DNA of 27,544 nt from Seison nebaliae (lineage: Eukaryota), in contig JALJEE010000561.1 in assembly GCA_023231475.1 (NCBI GenBank), forward strand, positions 62,001 to 89,544. The letters are read 5' to 3'. Under the pieces are notes generated by a model, which made no database searches, was not told the origin of the DNA, and worked only from the letters and a program-made list of their open reading frames with translations. Within the stretch, counting starts at the first letter, position 1. Each line of letters begins with the position of its first letter. A program made the translations under genes and the position numbers. Shown here in pieces: positions 1 to 11,996 of this stretch.

Positions 1-1241
1 GATAAAATTCAAACGATAACTATTCCGATTTTGGTGGATGATTTGAAGAAACGTCAACGAACATTCGACCAACAAAAATATCAATCATCTGGTGCAGCGA
101 TTGAAATCAATGGATGGTTCTTCAGTCCTGACACGATTCGACATACGGTCAATTTCCGTTATCTCTCCCAATACCATTGGATGAAATGTACGTGTTTCAT
201 TAATCTATTCGTAGAATTGGATGTGAAGATAATGGATCGATGGAATTATTTCTCTAATCATCCATTAATTCCATTCATTGAACAATCATCAAAGAAAGGA
301 AATAATGAAGGTGATGATGATGATTATTATGATGATAATAATAATAATACGTCGTTCAAAGAAAAAAAACCAGAAAATTGTTTATTTTGTTCGGTGGAAG
401 AGAATTGGAATAATCAAATATCGACAGGAGGAATTAGTTGTCAATTGAAATCGATATCAGTGAGAATTTTAGTACCATCATCATCGATCTCGTTGGATCG
501 GTCGGGATGGTTGAATGAAGAAGAGAATGAGGAGAGAGGAGATGATGAGAGGAAGAATAAGAAATTTGAGGAATTGAAAGAAATTATGAAATTCCAATCT
601 AGATGTCCATGGTTATCATATGATGATAATTGTCAATCATATTTCCTTCTCTTCTTCCAACACATCAATTTGACAGTGAAATATAATTCAGAAGATAAAA
701 TTTTCATTTGTAAATCGAAGCAAATGGAGAAATGTTTAGAAAAGAATAAGTTGAATGATAAATACTATAAATTATTACCCATGAATGAGATGATTGTTGA
801 GATGGAGAAAACTGAAGTTCATTATTATCAATTAAATAAATCAAATAAATTTAAACGGACGACATCATCATCATTCTCATCGGAATTACAAGAGATTGAG
901 AAGAAATTAATGAATGAAGGACGACATCTACTTTTGAAATTGGATGGATTCGAAGAATTATTACCTACCGTTATCTTCCAATTCAATTCTCTTCCACAAC
1001 ATCAACTTTTCAATCAAAAATTCAATATTCATTCTCATAAACATATGACGATGACATTAATCGATTTTACGAAAGGAATTCGTCAACGACACAATTCATC
1101 GAATGATAATGATCATTATTTTCAACGACAAACATCATATACAAACGGTCAATTGAAGAATACACTTCAATGTCATGAAACGAACGAATATTTACCATTC
1201 CAATTTGAATCAATGAACAACAACAACAATAATAATGGGAC

Positions 1242-1273
<32 letters not shown>

Positions 1274-4200
1274 GAATTAATAATCGTCAATTGAATGATA
1301 ATGGAACATTTCCATTGCTCAATTCGTTTACATTTGATCAATTGTTGAATTGGAGAGAACGATCATCATCGATCTGGTTAAGAGATCCAACAGAGAAAAT
1401 ATCAAACAATCGTTATCGAACTCCATCAAAGAATATATCATTGAACAATTATCATACCGGTTCATTATCCACATTAAATATCCAATTACCGATGTTGTTG
1501 TTATTTGTGGGGAATGGAGAGACGTTGAATAAATTACAAATTGATTTTATTGATCGATTAATATCGTTTGAATTGAATGCTAATAGATTCGTATCGATTA
1601 TTTTCGAGAAATCTCCTATAAAAAAACGACCACTAATCACTTCTGATTTTGATATGGAACGTTCATCTATGTTCTATTCGACTGTCGATACAATGGCACA
1701 ATCATCCTCTTCCACTTCTCTAATGTCGACAACATCATCCAATTCTTCTCGATCGACAATGAGAAATATTTGTGATAATACATCATCATCTCCTATATCG
1801 TCCAAATCATTTCCACGTAACAATTTACCATCGAATTTTCAATTGAACATTTCCATCATGAAAAGTTGCGATATCATTCTCGATCTGTTCGATGAAGAGA
1901 AGAAGAAAAAGAATAAGGAATTCCTTTGGTTCGATTTCAAATCATTAGAAATGACTTTAGTCGATTCATTCAGTTGTGATCCACGATTGTCATATATCGC
2001 CGTTTCGGCACTCCAACCGAGAATGAGAAAAATTTATCGACATCTGCCAAATCAACCTCATTTTACCACAACCGATTATTCATCGAAGAGACGACAATCG
2101 TCATATGATGATGAGATGTGTGAAAGTATGAAAGGATCATATCGATCATCTCATGTGGATGGAAATGGTAAATTGATGGAAGAAATGAAATTATCAATAA
2201 ATAAAAAATCATCGATGGTGATCGATGGACATAATCGATATCGGAAGAAAGATTCTCAATTTATTGAACTTATTTTAGAATCACATCGAGATTCACAAAT
2301 TTCGGTGTCATTAAGAATCTTCTCCAATCTTCATACGACGTCAATGGATGGAGAGAAATATTCATTGAAATTAGAGAAGAAAAATAAATTAAATTTGTTA
2401 TTGGATGAAATGAGAATGGAAGAAAATGATGAATTCATTTCAAAAACAGGAATCGAAACGAGAAAGAAGGAATTGAATCGAATGAAGAATATCATTCATT
2501 TGGCTCTCAATCTCTCTTCTTTAAAATTCCATTTACATTTAACTCATATCGATTCGTTTTGGTTAATGGAAATTATCGATTATTTCTCTTGTCAAACCAT
2601 CGACAGTAATAATAAGATAAATGAAGAGAATAATAATGATGAGAAAAAGAATAAAAGTAAAAGGATTGAAAAGAAGAAGAATGAAAATAATTCAGAGATT
2701 TATATGAATATAAATTCGACGAATTCGGTCGTTTATTACAAACCGTTATTTATCGAACCATCGATGGAAACGAAATTATATTGGAAATCCATTTCCTTCA
2801 AAGCACTTTTACATGACGATGATGAACCGATCAATTTTGATGCGTTTATTGATCGATTACAATTTCTCTTATCACTTAATGGAAGTGGATCGTATGTGAA
2901 GATGTTGGAATCAGTTGGATTATCATTCCATATGACGATTTGGAAGAATGAGGAGAAAATGAATGGAATGAATGAGAAATTGAAAGAGCATTTATTAAAT
3001 CATCTCTTTCAACAAACATTCGATAATGATAAATTATTTTATGATGATAATGAATTGGAGATGGAAAGAGAATTGATCGAATTACTTATTCGATCTTTCC
3101 TCCAATATCGATATCGATTATTAAACAATTCTCTTCAATCCTCTTCTAATTCATCCCTTCTCGGCATATCACTCAACGACTCACAAACCTCTTTTTATTG
3201 TTGTTGTGATTCGATGTATTATCTCATCCAATTCTTCGCCTATTCTTCACATTATGGAGATTTCCAATTTTGTCATCCATCATCACCAATACCATCACCA
3301 ACACCACAAATCAAATCGCATTCGTCTGATATGTCAAATTCCACCTTCTCCACCAACAGACAAGATAGAATTAATCTCTTATCATCTCTCCATCATAAAG
3401 ACAGCAATCGAAATTTAACTGAATTGAATGAAGAGATTCGACGAGCAACTGACGATCATCCAATTTCATTCAATTCTCAATCAGATAATCAAATGACATC
3501 ATCCTTTCAATCGACAATAACCACAGAAACGATGATTGATCTGCGAGAACGATCCATCGAAATCTCTTCCGAAATATATCATAATAATGATGTTGATGAT
3601 AATGATGATGAAGATGATGTGATATTTGATGAAAGTAATTCAATTTCTAATTTTAATGATCAAAATTTAATAATTGATAATCCAAACAAATTAATTGATT
3701 ATTATGATTATTTGAAAGATAATAATGAGGATGATGAAGATAATATGAGTCAGTTCCAAGGTGATATCAGTGAAATTTTCGAACATAATTACGATCATAG
3801 TCAATCTCGAAAATCATCAATTTCACCATCATTATCATCGCCTAAGAGAATGAAGGAAGATATCGATATTAATTTATTGGAAGTAGATCCTCAATATTCG
3901 GCATATGATGATCATATAAATTATGAAGAGAATGATCTTAAATCTAATGAGAATAAGAGTCCTCTCATCGATGACGATTATAATTTTGTCGATTCCCAAT
4001 GGATCCTTCCACATTTGAATGGCAGTGAACAATTAATTCATCGACATGTCCAAATGATTCCATTGGTGATAGATGAGAATTATTTGGAAACATTCAAAAA
4101 AAGAACAACATCAACGACCATCACATCAGTATTGAATGATGGAAATGAATCAAGAGATAAATGCAATTCTTTAAATACCATACAACAATATCATATGACG

Positions 4201-6071
4201 AATTTATTGACGAAATCGAGATTTCTAGAACGTCAGAAATTCATGTTGAATCATTTAATGAATCATTTCAATTTTGAAGAATGGAAATTAAATAATTCCA
4301 ATCAATTGAATGATGTGACTAATCTCCAATTGAGTAGTAATTGTGGGGAGAGAACAGTGTTAAAATTGGCATTAGCAGTTAAAGATTTCTCTTGTTCTTT
4401 CGTCATTTTCGATGGATATGATTTTGATATATCAGAAAAGATTTATAATTGTAAGAAACGTTCCTCTATTCCATCTACTCGCGATATGAATAATTATTTT
4501 CGAATTCATCTATCTCGTTTTTATCTCTCATATCAACAATATGATATTGATCGATATTATCGATTATTCTCCAATGATATCATGCAAAAATTTTCGAATC
4601 GATTAGGAAAATGTTCGAATGGAACATTGATTTCTGATAAGAAATCGTTGGAAAAGATTGCAAAGAAATATTCTCACATAATCAAACATTTTCATGATAT
4701 TGATCAGAATAATGATTTGGAGGAAGATGTTTATATTCATCAAATCGATTCGAGTAATGTCCAATTATTGAAATATTTAATATTTCTCGATGAAATTTGT
4801 GAGTTGATGAAGGATATTCCATTCAAAGATTGGCAATGTCTCCATATGAATTGTGGTGACATAAACATCACACATAATAAGAATCCATCATCTGGAAATG
4901 TTTCATCATCTGAATTTAATAATTGTAAGTCTTTATCTATTCTGTCCATGTTGACATCAGATAAGATACCATTCTCTCATCAAATGAATGCCATCCATTT
5001 CAAATTGGAAGCGACAACCATCAACGAACAATATAACGATAATGATCGATCATCTGATTTGGATTCGAATTTGAGTCTCAATCAAAATCCATCTAATAAT
5101 ACTCAATCTGATACTTGTGAATTACAAATTCGTTTAAGTATTCGTCCACTTTATCTCGATTTGAATAAAGATATCATCGTTTTCATTCTAACACTCATCA
5201 ACAATTTGAATCGATGTCATGCTCATTTTTCCAAATTCACGTCATCTCTTAATCAACAATCATCTGAAAGAGAAAGAATCAATTCCACCACCACCACCAC
5301 CACCACCACCTCATTCGGACGAACAATGAATGATCAATCTCAATTACTCCAATCGATACCAATGGAAGTAAAGGAAAGAATTCCATCAAATACTTCATCT
5401 GGAGTAACTGCCACTTCATCAACTCTATTCATCAAACGAGTTATCATCGCTCCTGCCATCTATTTACGAGTTGATTATTCGTCTAATATTCTCGAAACAG
5501 TTCAACGACATTCCGCTATCCTCACTAAATCATCAGGAAAAGTGGACGATCAAAATGACGATAATCGAGACAATTCAACCGATTCGACGATTCAGCGAAT
5601 AAAAGACAATAATGACATTTTAGATGATCAGCCACTATTAATGAAGATTCTTCTCGATTTAGCGAGTGTACATGGACTCTATTTGGAATTGATACGAATC
5701 GATGACAGGTTTATTATTTTTTTCTTTCCATTTCTATTCAAATGAATTTTAGGAGTGGATTCAAATCATTCGATTTGATGTTAAATTCTATTCTAATGAA
5801 ATGGAAAGATCACATTCAACAGAATCAAAGTGTAAAAATCGTTCAAAGTGTATCGGCCCTAAAACCATTTTTTCAAATCGCGTTCGGAATCCACGATCTT
5901 CTTGCCAAACCATTAAGAGACTCACAAACAAACGAGACAATTTTAGGTCAATTTATTCAGAATGTCCGATCAATGGCAGATCAGGCCGGTGTCGCTCTAT
6001 ATGGAGCAGGAAATTCTTCGTGTAATTCGGTGGCGGATCTGGTGGATAGTTTTCGACGAACGATGTTTTAA
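1..6071 (+). CDS. ATG2: Autophagy-related protein 2 (bridge-like lipid transfer protein), 5'-incomplete; exons 1-5708 and 5753-6071
   Basis: The frame is open from base 1. Motifs occur in ATG2 order: CCCDSMYYLIQFFAYSSHYGDFQ (CAD region), DDDYNFV (LIR-like), VKDFSCSFVIFDGYDF, RDMNNYFRIHLSRFYLSYQQY, IRLSIRPLYLDLNKDIIVFI, LFIKRVIIAPAIYLRVDYS. A 44-nt GT-AG intron (5709-5752) joins in frame to SGFKSFDLMLNSILMKWKDHIQQNQ, matching the C-terminal WLxDIxxNQ block. About 2008 aa lie within the window. Confidence 0.88.
1216..1272 (+). repeat. AAC/AAT trinucleotide tract encoding poly-Asn in ATG2 (N7-GT-N10)
   Basis: Seen directly in the sequence. Confidence 0.95.
5287..5310 (+). repeat. (ACC)8 microsatellite encoding poly-Thr in ATG2
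   Basis: Perfect (ACC)8, seen directly. Confidence 0.95.
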
Positions 6072-7185
6072 TTCTTTCCAACATTTCAAAATCTTTCTAA
6101 TCAAACTCTCTATAAACATTCATTCGGATCATCCGGTGTCCTATCACAATATTCGTTTATCTTTATACGAAAAAATTTACTGCATTTCTTTCTCATACGA
6201 GAACAGGAGAAAAGAGCGTCAAAATCGTTCTAACATTCATAATATCTTCCTTTTTATTTCTCTTTCAAATCCCTCCCGCCTCGGATACTCGTATTATAAG
6301 AATTTTATTATTATCATATTATTAGCACATATTCTTTCGCAATCAATATGTCTTTCTCTTTTATTCACTTGAATTTCTTTTTCCTTCTAAATTTTGATTC
6401 AAAATTAAAAAAAGATAAAAATTGAGAGAAAAATAAAATTTATTAAAATTATCATTAAACTTTTAAAAAAAATCTTATTGAGAAAGATCTCAAGATGGTT
6501 ACTCATATGAATAGAATGATTGGAAATGAATGGCATGACTCATGACAATTAGAAAGCGGAGAACATTAAGAAGAGAAATGGTTTCAATAAATAAAATTCG
6601 TCATAAGATTTAGAAAGAATTTGAAAGTGACATCGATAAATCATTGAAGTGATGAACATATATAATAATTAGACTTCGAGGCAGGTATTAAAAACGGAGA
6701 AGATCAATAAAAAGAATGTTGTCGTCTTCATTTGTCGGAAATGAGAGAGAGAGGATTGATATAAGAGAGAAGAAATTTCTGATCATCACAATTGAAGTTT
6801 TGATTTAGTGAATAAACTTCTTAATAAAATTTCGATAAAGTCAAAACTTAGTCGAAACCTTCAAAAAACGATAAATGATGACGTCAGATGATAAAAGTAA
6901 TTCTTCATAATCGATTGTGTCTTATCATTCGATAGATATCCTTCTTTCTCATCAGAATTAATTTTTCTTTTCTTTCATTTGTATTCAGGGCGAACTTCAT
7001 TTCATCGTCGTTCGATGAGTTTTGAGAATGTTTGATCGATTCATTCGTCATCGATCGAGTAAATAAATAAACAACAAAAAAATAAATTTAGTTTTGTTGT
7101 GAGAGAGTCTCATTTCTAATTTGTCTCCAGTAGAATTAGTTTTTTTCCTGAAAATCTTTTCATTTCCATCGAAAAAGAAGAAAAT

Positions 7186-9087
7186 ATGTCTGATACAAAA
7201 GAGAAGAAAGGTCTGAAGAAATCGGATTCGAAAACACGTGTCAAATCATCGTCGACTGCTCGACGATCGAGTAATTCTTCTCGTCGAAGTTCCGTCTCCA
7301 AATCGAAGGGAGGAGTCAAAGTAAAAGAGGATTTGCAACGGAAAGAATTGATTACATCGATGTTGAAGCAATTGGGCGAACTGGATTTCGAATCAAGAGT
7401 TTACACATTTCAACAATTCCTCACTTTCTTCCAAATGCCTCATTTGATTAAAGTGGAACAGAGTTGGAGTGATGTCGTACAACCGAAACAAAATATTTTC
7501 TTCGATTCATTCTTCGAACGATACGTCATTCTCGCCACTAATCAGAATGAGAAGAAAAGTGATACAAAATTCTTAATTCCCGATTGGTATCCGGGCGAAT
7601 TTAAAATTCTTTCATCTAAGCCCAAATTGAGAAAACGATATTGGGTGTTCCAAGGAGCATTCGAATTATATCGATTCGAATCGATGTTTCCAAGAAAGAT
7701 TCGTGTGCTTGATGACACAGTAGCACATATTCGATCGTCATCTGGAGGTAGTGGGAAAACGGAATGGAAGAAAGTTTTGTTGAGAAGGAATGCCTATTTG
7801 TATGCGACAAAGATCGATACGAGAGTTGATGAGAAGAATAATAAAGAAGATTCGTTTGTTCTTAAAGATAAACAAGGTAACTGTTTCATTGTACCACCAT
7901 CCGTACCGATGAGATGGGCAACTGAAATTAAAGACGAAGAATTGTCTCCCGCTTATCAATCGAATGAAGGAACATTCACTTTACCTGAATTGTTGGTGAG
8001 ATATGAATTCCCATTAGATCTCGAATTGACTTCTGGTCCACCAATTACTGAAGTACCGAACTTTTCAAAAAAATTACGTTTCCATGCATATGCCATCGCT
8101 AAATCAATCATCTCAGTTGTCGTCAATGATAATGGTGATGGTGTTCTCACCGAATTAGCACCAAGTATCAAATTCTCTTTATTCTCTCCAAAGTTCTTCT
8201 ATTTTCATTCATCTTGTAAATTATTAACAACTTTTCTCTTTCAATAGATGTCTCACTGCTGGAGCTGCTCAACAACAACAACAACAACAACAATTAGAGA
8301 AAGATCATCAGAATAAAGATGAAGGAAAGAAGGGAAAGAATGGGAAAGAGAAGAAAGATAAAGATCCGAAAAAAGAAGAACAAGAATTGTTGGCACTCCA
8401 AAAGAAATTGTTCGAATACAATCAATTAAGATCGAAATTGTTACAAGCTTATCATAACTGGATTGAGAATTATAAAATTCTCATCTTACCAGCAACTGAA
8501 GCTCAAGTTAGATATATTCTTCTAATTCTTTTCTTCTACTCATATTTCCCCATAGTTAACGGCAGTAGAGATGTCGTTCCATGCCAGTGAGAAGTTGAGG
8601 AAGACGGAAGAGAAAGGAGTGGAGGATACATATTCAGTCAAGTTCAAACAACCAGAACAATCGAACATTTCTCTAAATCTTCCCAGAAATGATACGATGG
8701 AATTTGTTGCTTCGTTTCCAGGTTTAAACATTCTCTTTCAACATTAATCGAAATATCTCTTTATCAGACGATTCATTCGGTGACGATGCTGATTATGATG
8801 ATGATGATTTGGAGGAGAACGACAAATCGAAAGATCGTAAAGATAAATCACGAGATCGATCAGCTCGAATTCGTTCTCGTAGTCGCAGTCGAACTGATCC
8901 GACACGTGTCAAATTGTCCACAGCCGCTTTACATGCAGCGTTAGTAAATTTGATTGATTATTTCATTTGAATTATGTTTGTGTATAGTGGTGGAACGCCG
9001 GCGACAAATGAGGAGATGTTCAATGCAGTTCCGGATAAAATATACACGACGAAAGAGTCGAAAGAAAGTAAAGAATCGAAGAAATAA
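7186..9087 (+). CDS. CABIT-domain protein (GAREM/Themis/Serrano family), about 567 aa; exons 7186-8192, 8248-8506, 8556-8721, 8768-8939, 8988-9087
   Basis: FLIPDWYPGEFKIL, MFPRKIRVLDD and TFTLPELLVRYEFPLDLEL parallel GAREM motifs as I recall them (IPVHYAGQFKLL, AFPERVYVMED, HTIRNIVEKTRLPVNV). Four GT-AG introns of 46-55 nt join the pieces into a 1704-nt open frame. The last donor has a GTA alternative at 8944 that gives a shorter tail. Confidence 0.75.
8270..8293 (+). repeat. (CAA)8 microsatellite encoding poly-Gln
   Basis: Perfect (CAA)8 in exon 2 of the CABIT gene. Confidence 0.95.
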
Positions 9088-9440
9088 AATGGAAAGATTA
9101 GAAGGAAATTAATTAACTAGATGATTTATTAGAAACAAAATTTACCATCATCTATTGTCGTTATGAATTGTGTGGCGTGACAAGTAAAGATGTCGCGTGA
9201 ACGATTTATAATGATGTCGTTGAGTTTATTTCATTGAGTTATCTCCAGTTTTATGGAATTTTTATTAGTTAAAATAAATTCAGTGAAAATTATTGGATGG
9301 AAAGAATGTCGAACCATAAAAATTAGTTAACTAATGGAAAAGGTGATTGAAGAGAGATGATTTCCTAAAAGAAAAGATTTCTAATAAAATTCCGCTGTAA
9401 GAATTAACTCGATGTTGTGATGGAAGTTTCAACTTTTCAA

Positions 9441-10892
9441 TTATAAGAGATAATCGAATTCTGATAAAATATAAACATTATTTGATGACATATATCTTCT
9501 GGCATTTTTTGAATTTGGTTTCTCTTCGATCATCGATCGGATCTCATTCTCATTTGTAAATGAGGAGAAGGAAGCGACAGACGACGAATTATTTGACGAG
9601 TCGTCATCGGATAATGATGATGATGAATTGGTTGAATCATCATTCGAAGAATTATTAGAAAATTGTCTTTTATTTCTACGAATAGTGTTATTGTTATTAT
9701 TGTTACTGTTATGGAATGAGAGTGTGGATGAATAAATACTTTTTTGTTTGTTCACAGGTATTCTTGTTGATTGTTTATAATTCTTTGTTAATTTCGGACT
9801 ATTATATGATCGTTTTACATTTAACGAATGACTTCTCAATTCATTATTTTTATTATCATTATTCTTCTTCATATACGTCCCACCCGACAATTGACTTCGG
9901 GATGATTGGATTTTATAAAGATATTGTTGTTTCGTTGGTGTTTGTTGAGGAGTTGGCGTTCTCGTATGAATGATGAGTGGTGGCAAATAATATTTTTGAT
10001 CATCACATTTCTGACGTGCAACTTTCCCTCCTCCATGTCGACTTTCCTTTCTTCGTTGACTATTTCCTGTTTTTAAATATTTCTCATAATCATCTTTCGA
10101 CGACTTCTTCATTTTCTTTTCATTTCTGCAAATTGAGCGATTGGAAGACGTTGTTGAATCAACATTACCACGATAATCTGAAGAAGATGATGAATACGAA
10201 CATGGTGACGATGGAGACGAAATTAATTCTATCGTTTTCTCTTTCATTCGATTTGGCAACATCTGTTCGATGGAATTTAATCGTTGGAGAATTTTGTCAT
10301 GCTTATTCGCCAAATTCTGCAGATGATTCCTCATACTATCTACTGGACGACTACTCGTTAAAGATCTCATTGTTTGGCTAGTTCGTATCGATAGATCAGA
10401 AGATGATGTTGACGTTATCGAATGTCGACGATATGAATCGGTCACTTCCTTCTTCATTGTCGTAGTTAAGTATTGGTTGAAGGATTTGGATGGATTATTC
10501 ATATAATTCCGCTCGCTATAATTTGAATTTAGAGAATCGTTCATGGAAATTTGAGGAAGTAGAGAACGATCAGTTTTCGCCGAAGCTACGATTAATGTGC
10601 GTTGATGTATCAGTTGACGAATGTTTGAACTTTTCGAAGAATTCTTATGGGAATATCGATTCAATGGGGAAATTGAGTCATTTCCCAATTGTTCCGATTT
10701 CTTCAACATATTCTTCTTTTTCAATTCTGAAGTACTTTGTAAATTCTTCCATTTCTCCTCTTCATGTTTCCGAAGTGATTTCGATAGACGAATTCGAGAC
10801 TCTTCCGAATTATTTCTCTTCTTATTTCCAACCGCTTTTTTAGAACGGTCTGTTGATCGATAAGTCGACGATTTCGTTTTCATGGTATTCAT
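9441..10892 (-). CDS. Uncharacterised Ser/Lys/Asn/Arg-rich protein, 483 aa, probably disordered with one short coiled coil
   Basis: A 1452-nt ATG-to-TAA ORF in AT-rich DNA with codon style like the neighbouring genes. Heptad-like segment MRNHLQNLANKHDKILQRLNSIEQML. No family recognised. Confidence 0.7.
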   Translation of the reverse strand: MNTMKTKSSTYRSTDRSKKAVGNKKRNNSEESRIRLSKSLRKHEEEKWKNLQSTSELKKKNMLKKSEQLGNDSISPLNRYSHKNSSKSSNIRQLIHQRTLIVASAKTDRSLLPQISMNDSLNSNYSERNYMNNPSKSFNQYLTTTMKKEVTDSYRRHSITSTSSSDLSIRTSQTMRSLTSSRPVDSMRNHLQNLANKHDKILQRLNSIEQMLPNRMKEKTIELISSPSSPCSYSSSSSDYRGNVDSTTSSNRSICRNEKKMKKSSKDDYEKYLKTGNSQRRKESRHGGGKVARQKCDDQKYYLPPLIIHTRTPTPQQTPTKQQYLYKIQSSRSQLSGGTYMKKNNDNKNNELRSHSLNVKRSYNSPKLTKNYKQSTRIPVNKQKSIYSSTLSFHNSNNNNNNTIRRNKRQFSNNSSNDDSTNSSSSLSDDDSSNNSSSVASFSSFTNENEIRSMIEEKPNSKNARRYMSSNNVYILSEFDYLL

Positions 10893-11996
10893 TTCCTTCC
10901 ACCAAATTAATTATCTATCTAAATTGTTACTGCTCGCTGGTCAACACGAGAGTAGTTAACATCGGATAAGTATCGTCAAAAAGTTCATAAACATCTAAAG
11001 AAATTTTCTAATAATTTCCATCATTCGTACCCAAATTTTCCGTTAATTGTCATACGGGAAAGTGAGGGAAAATAGCGTAAAAATCGAAACATAAATAAAT
11101 TGATATAATTGAACGTGAGGAGAAAGGTAATAACGATTTTCTTCCATAAACACATACTTACTTCCAATTCTCATGTAACATATACTTCTGTCGGACGAAT
11201 GGAATTATTTCAAAAATCTTACATAATATTATTAATATGCAATTTTGATATGCACAGATAAATTAAAAATCATTAATTTCATTCTCCTCCCCGCTACAAA
11301 ATACGAGACGACTTTTCTCTTATTTATTCTAATTTTCTTTCCTTTTCTTTTTTTGAACGATAAAACTTTTCACTTCGGAATAAGTCAATTCTTAAAAGTT
11401 TTATGCGCAGAAAATAGATTGGAGAAGAAAGTATGGAAGGTGTTTATTTATGCAGTGCGAAGGACTGCGCATAGGCCCTTCCAATGTTAAACATTGAACA
11501 AAGTTTCTCTAAAGGAAAATATCTGAAATTCATGCACTTCCCTATTGTCATAATTAGAAGAGGAAGTTGATTAGCCACTAAATATTTTCATCTTTTGACT
11601 ACCCTCCATTTGCAGTCATTTGGAGAAGGGAATAAACTGATATTCTCGGAAAATTCCGTTTTACCTTTAAGCATTTTCCGATCGAAACGTATATTTATCT
11701 ACGTAAACAAATCAAAAGTTACGACGGGAAATTTTCAAGAAAGAATCTCGAAAGAAAAATTCTCATTATTAACGAATCACTTGAACCTTTTTTTCCTATT
11801 GTCGTCATCTTATTTTATAAATACTCTATAAACATCGAATAAGAGAGACGAGTTTTTTCTTATCAGTCCAACGAAATATGACACGAAAAATTAAATGACG
11901 AATAAAATTTCAAATTTATATTTAATAATTTCATTGAATTTGTGATAATTTAATAAAAATTTTTAATTTTAATCAAATATAAAAATAAAGACGGAA

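Noticed and set aside
9716..10863. Plus-strand ORFs opposite the 483-aa gene, and similar short antisense ORFs over ATG2, COG6, E-Syt and NXPE
   Set aside because: Shadow frames of real coding sequence with no recognisable motifs.
11154..11483. U1 snRNA-like fragments: ATACTTACTT at 11154 and ATTTATGCAGTGCGAAGGACTGCG near 11447-11470
   Set aside because: They are about 290 nt apart across T-rich sequence, with no stem-loop I or II motifs. U1 is about 165 nt, so chance is more likely.
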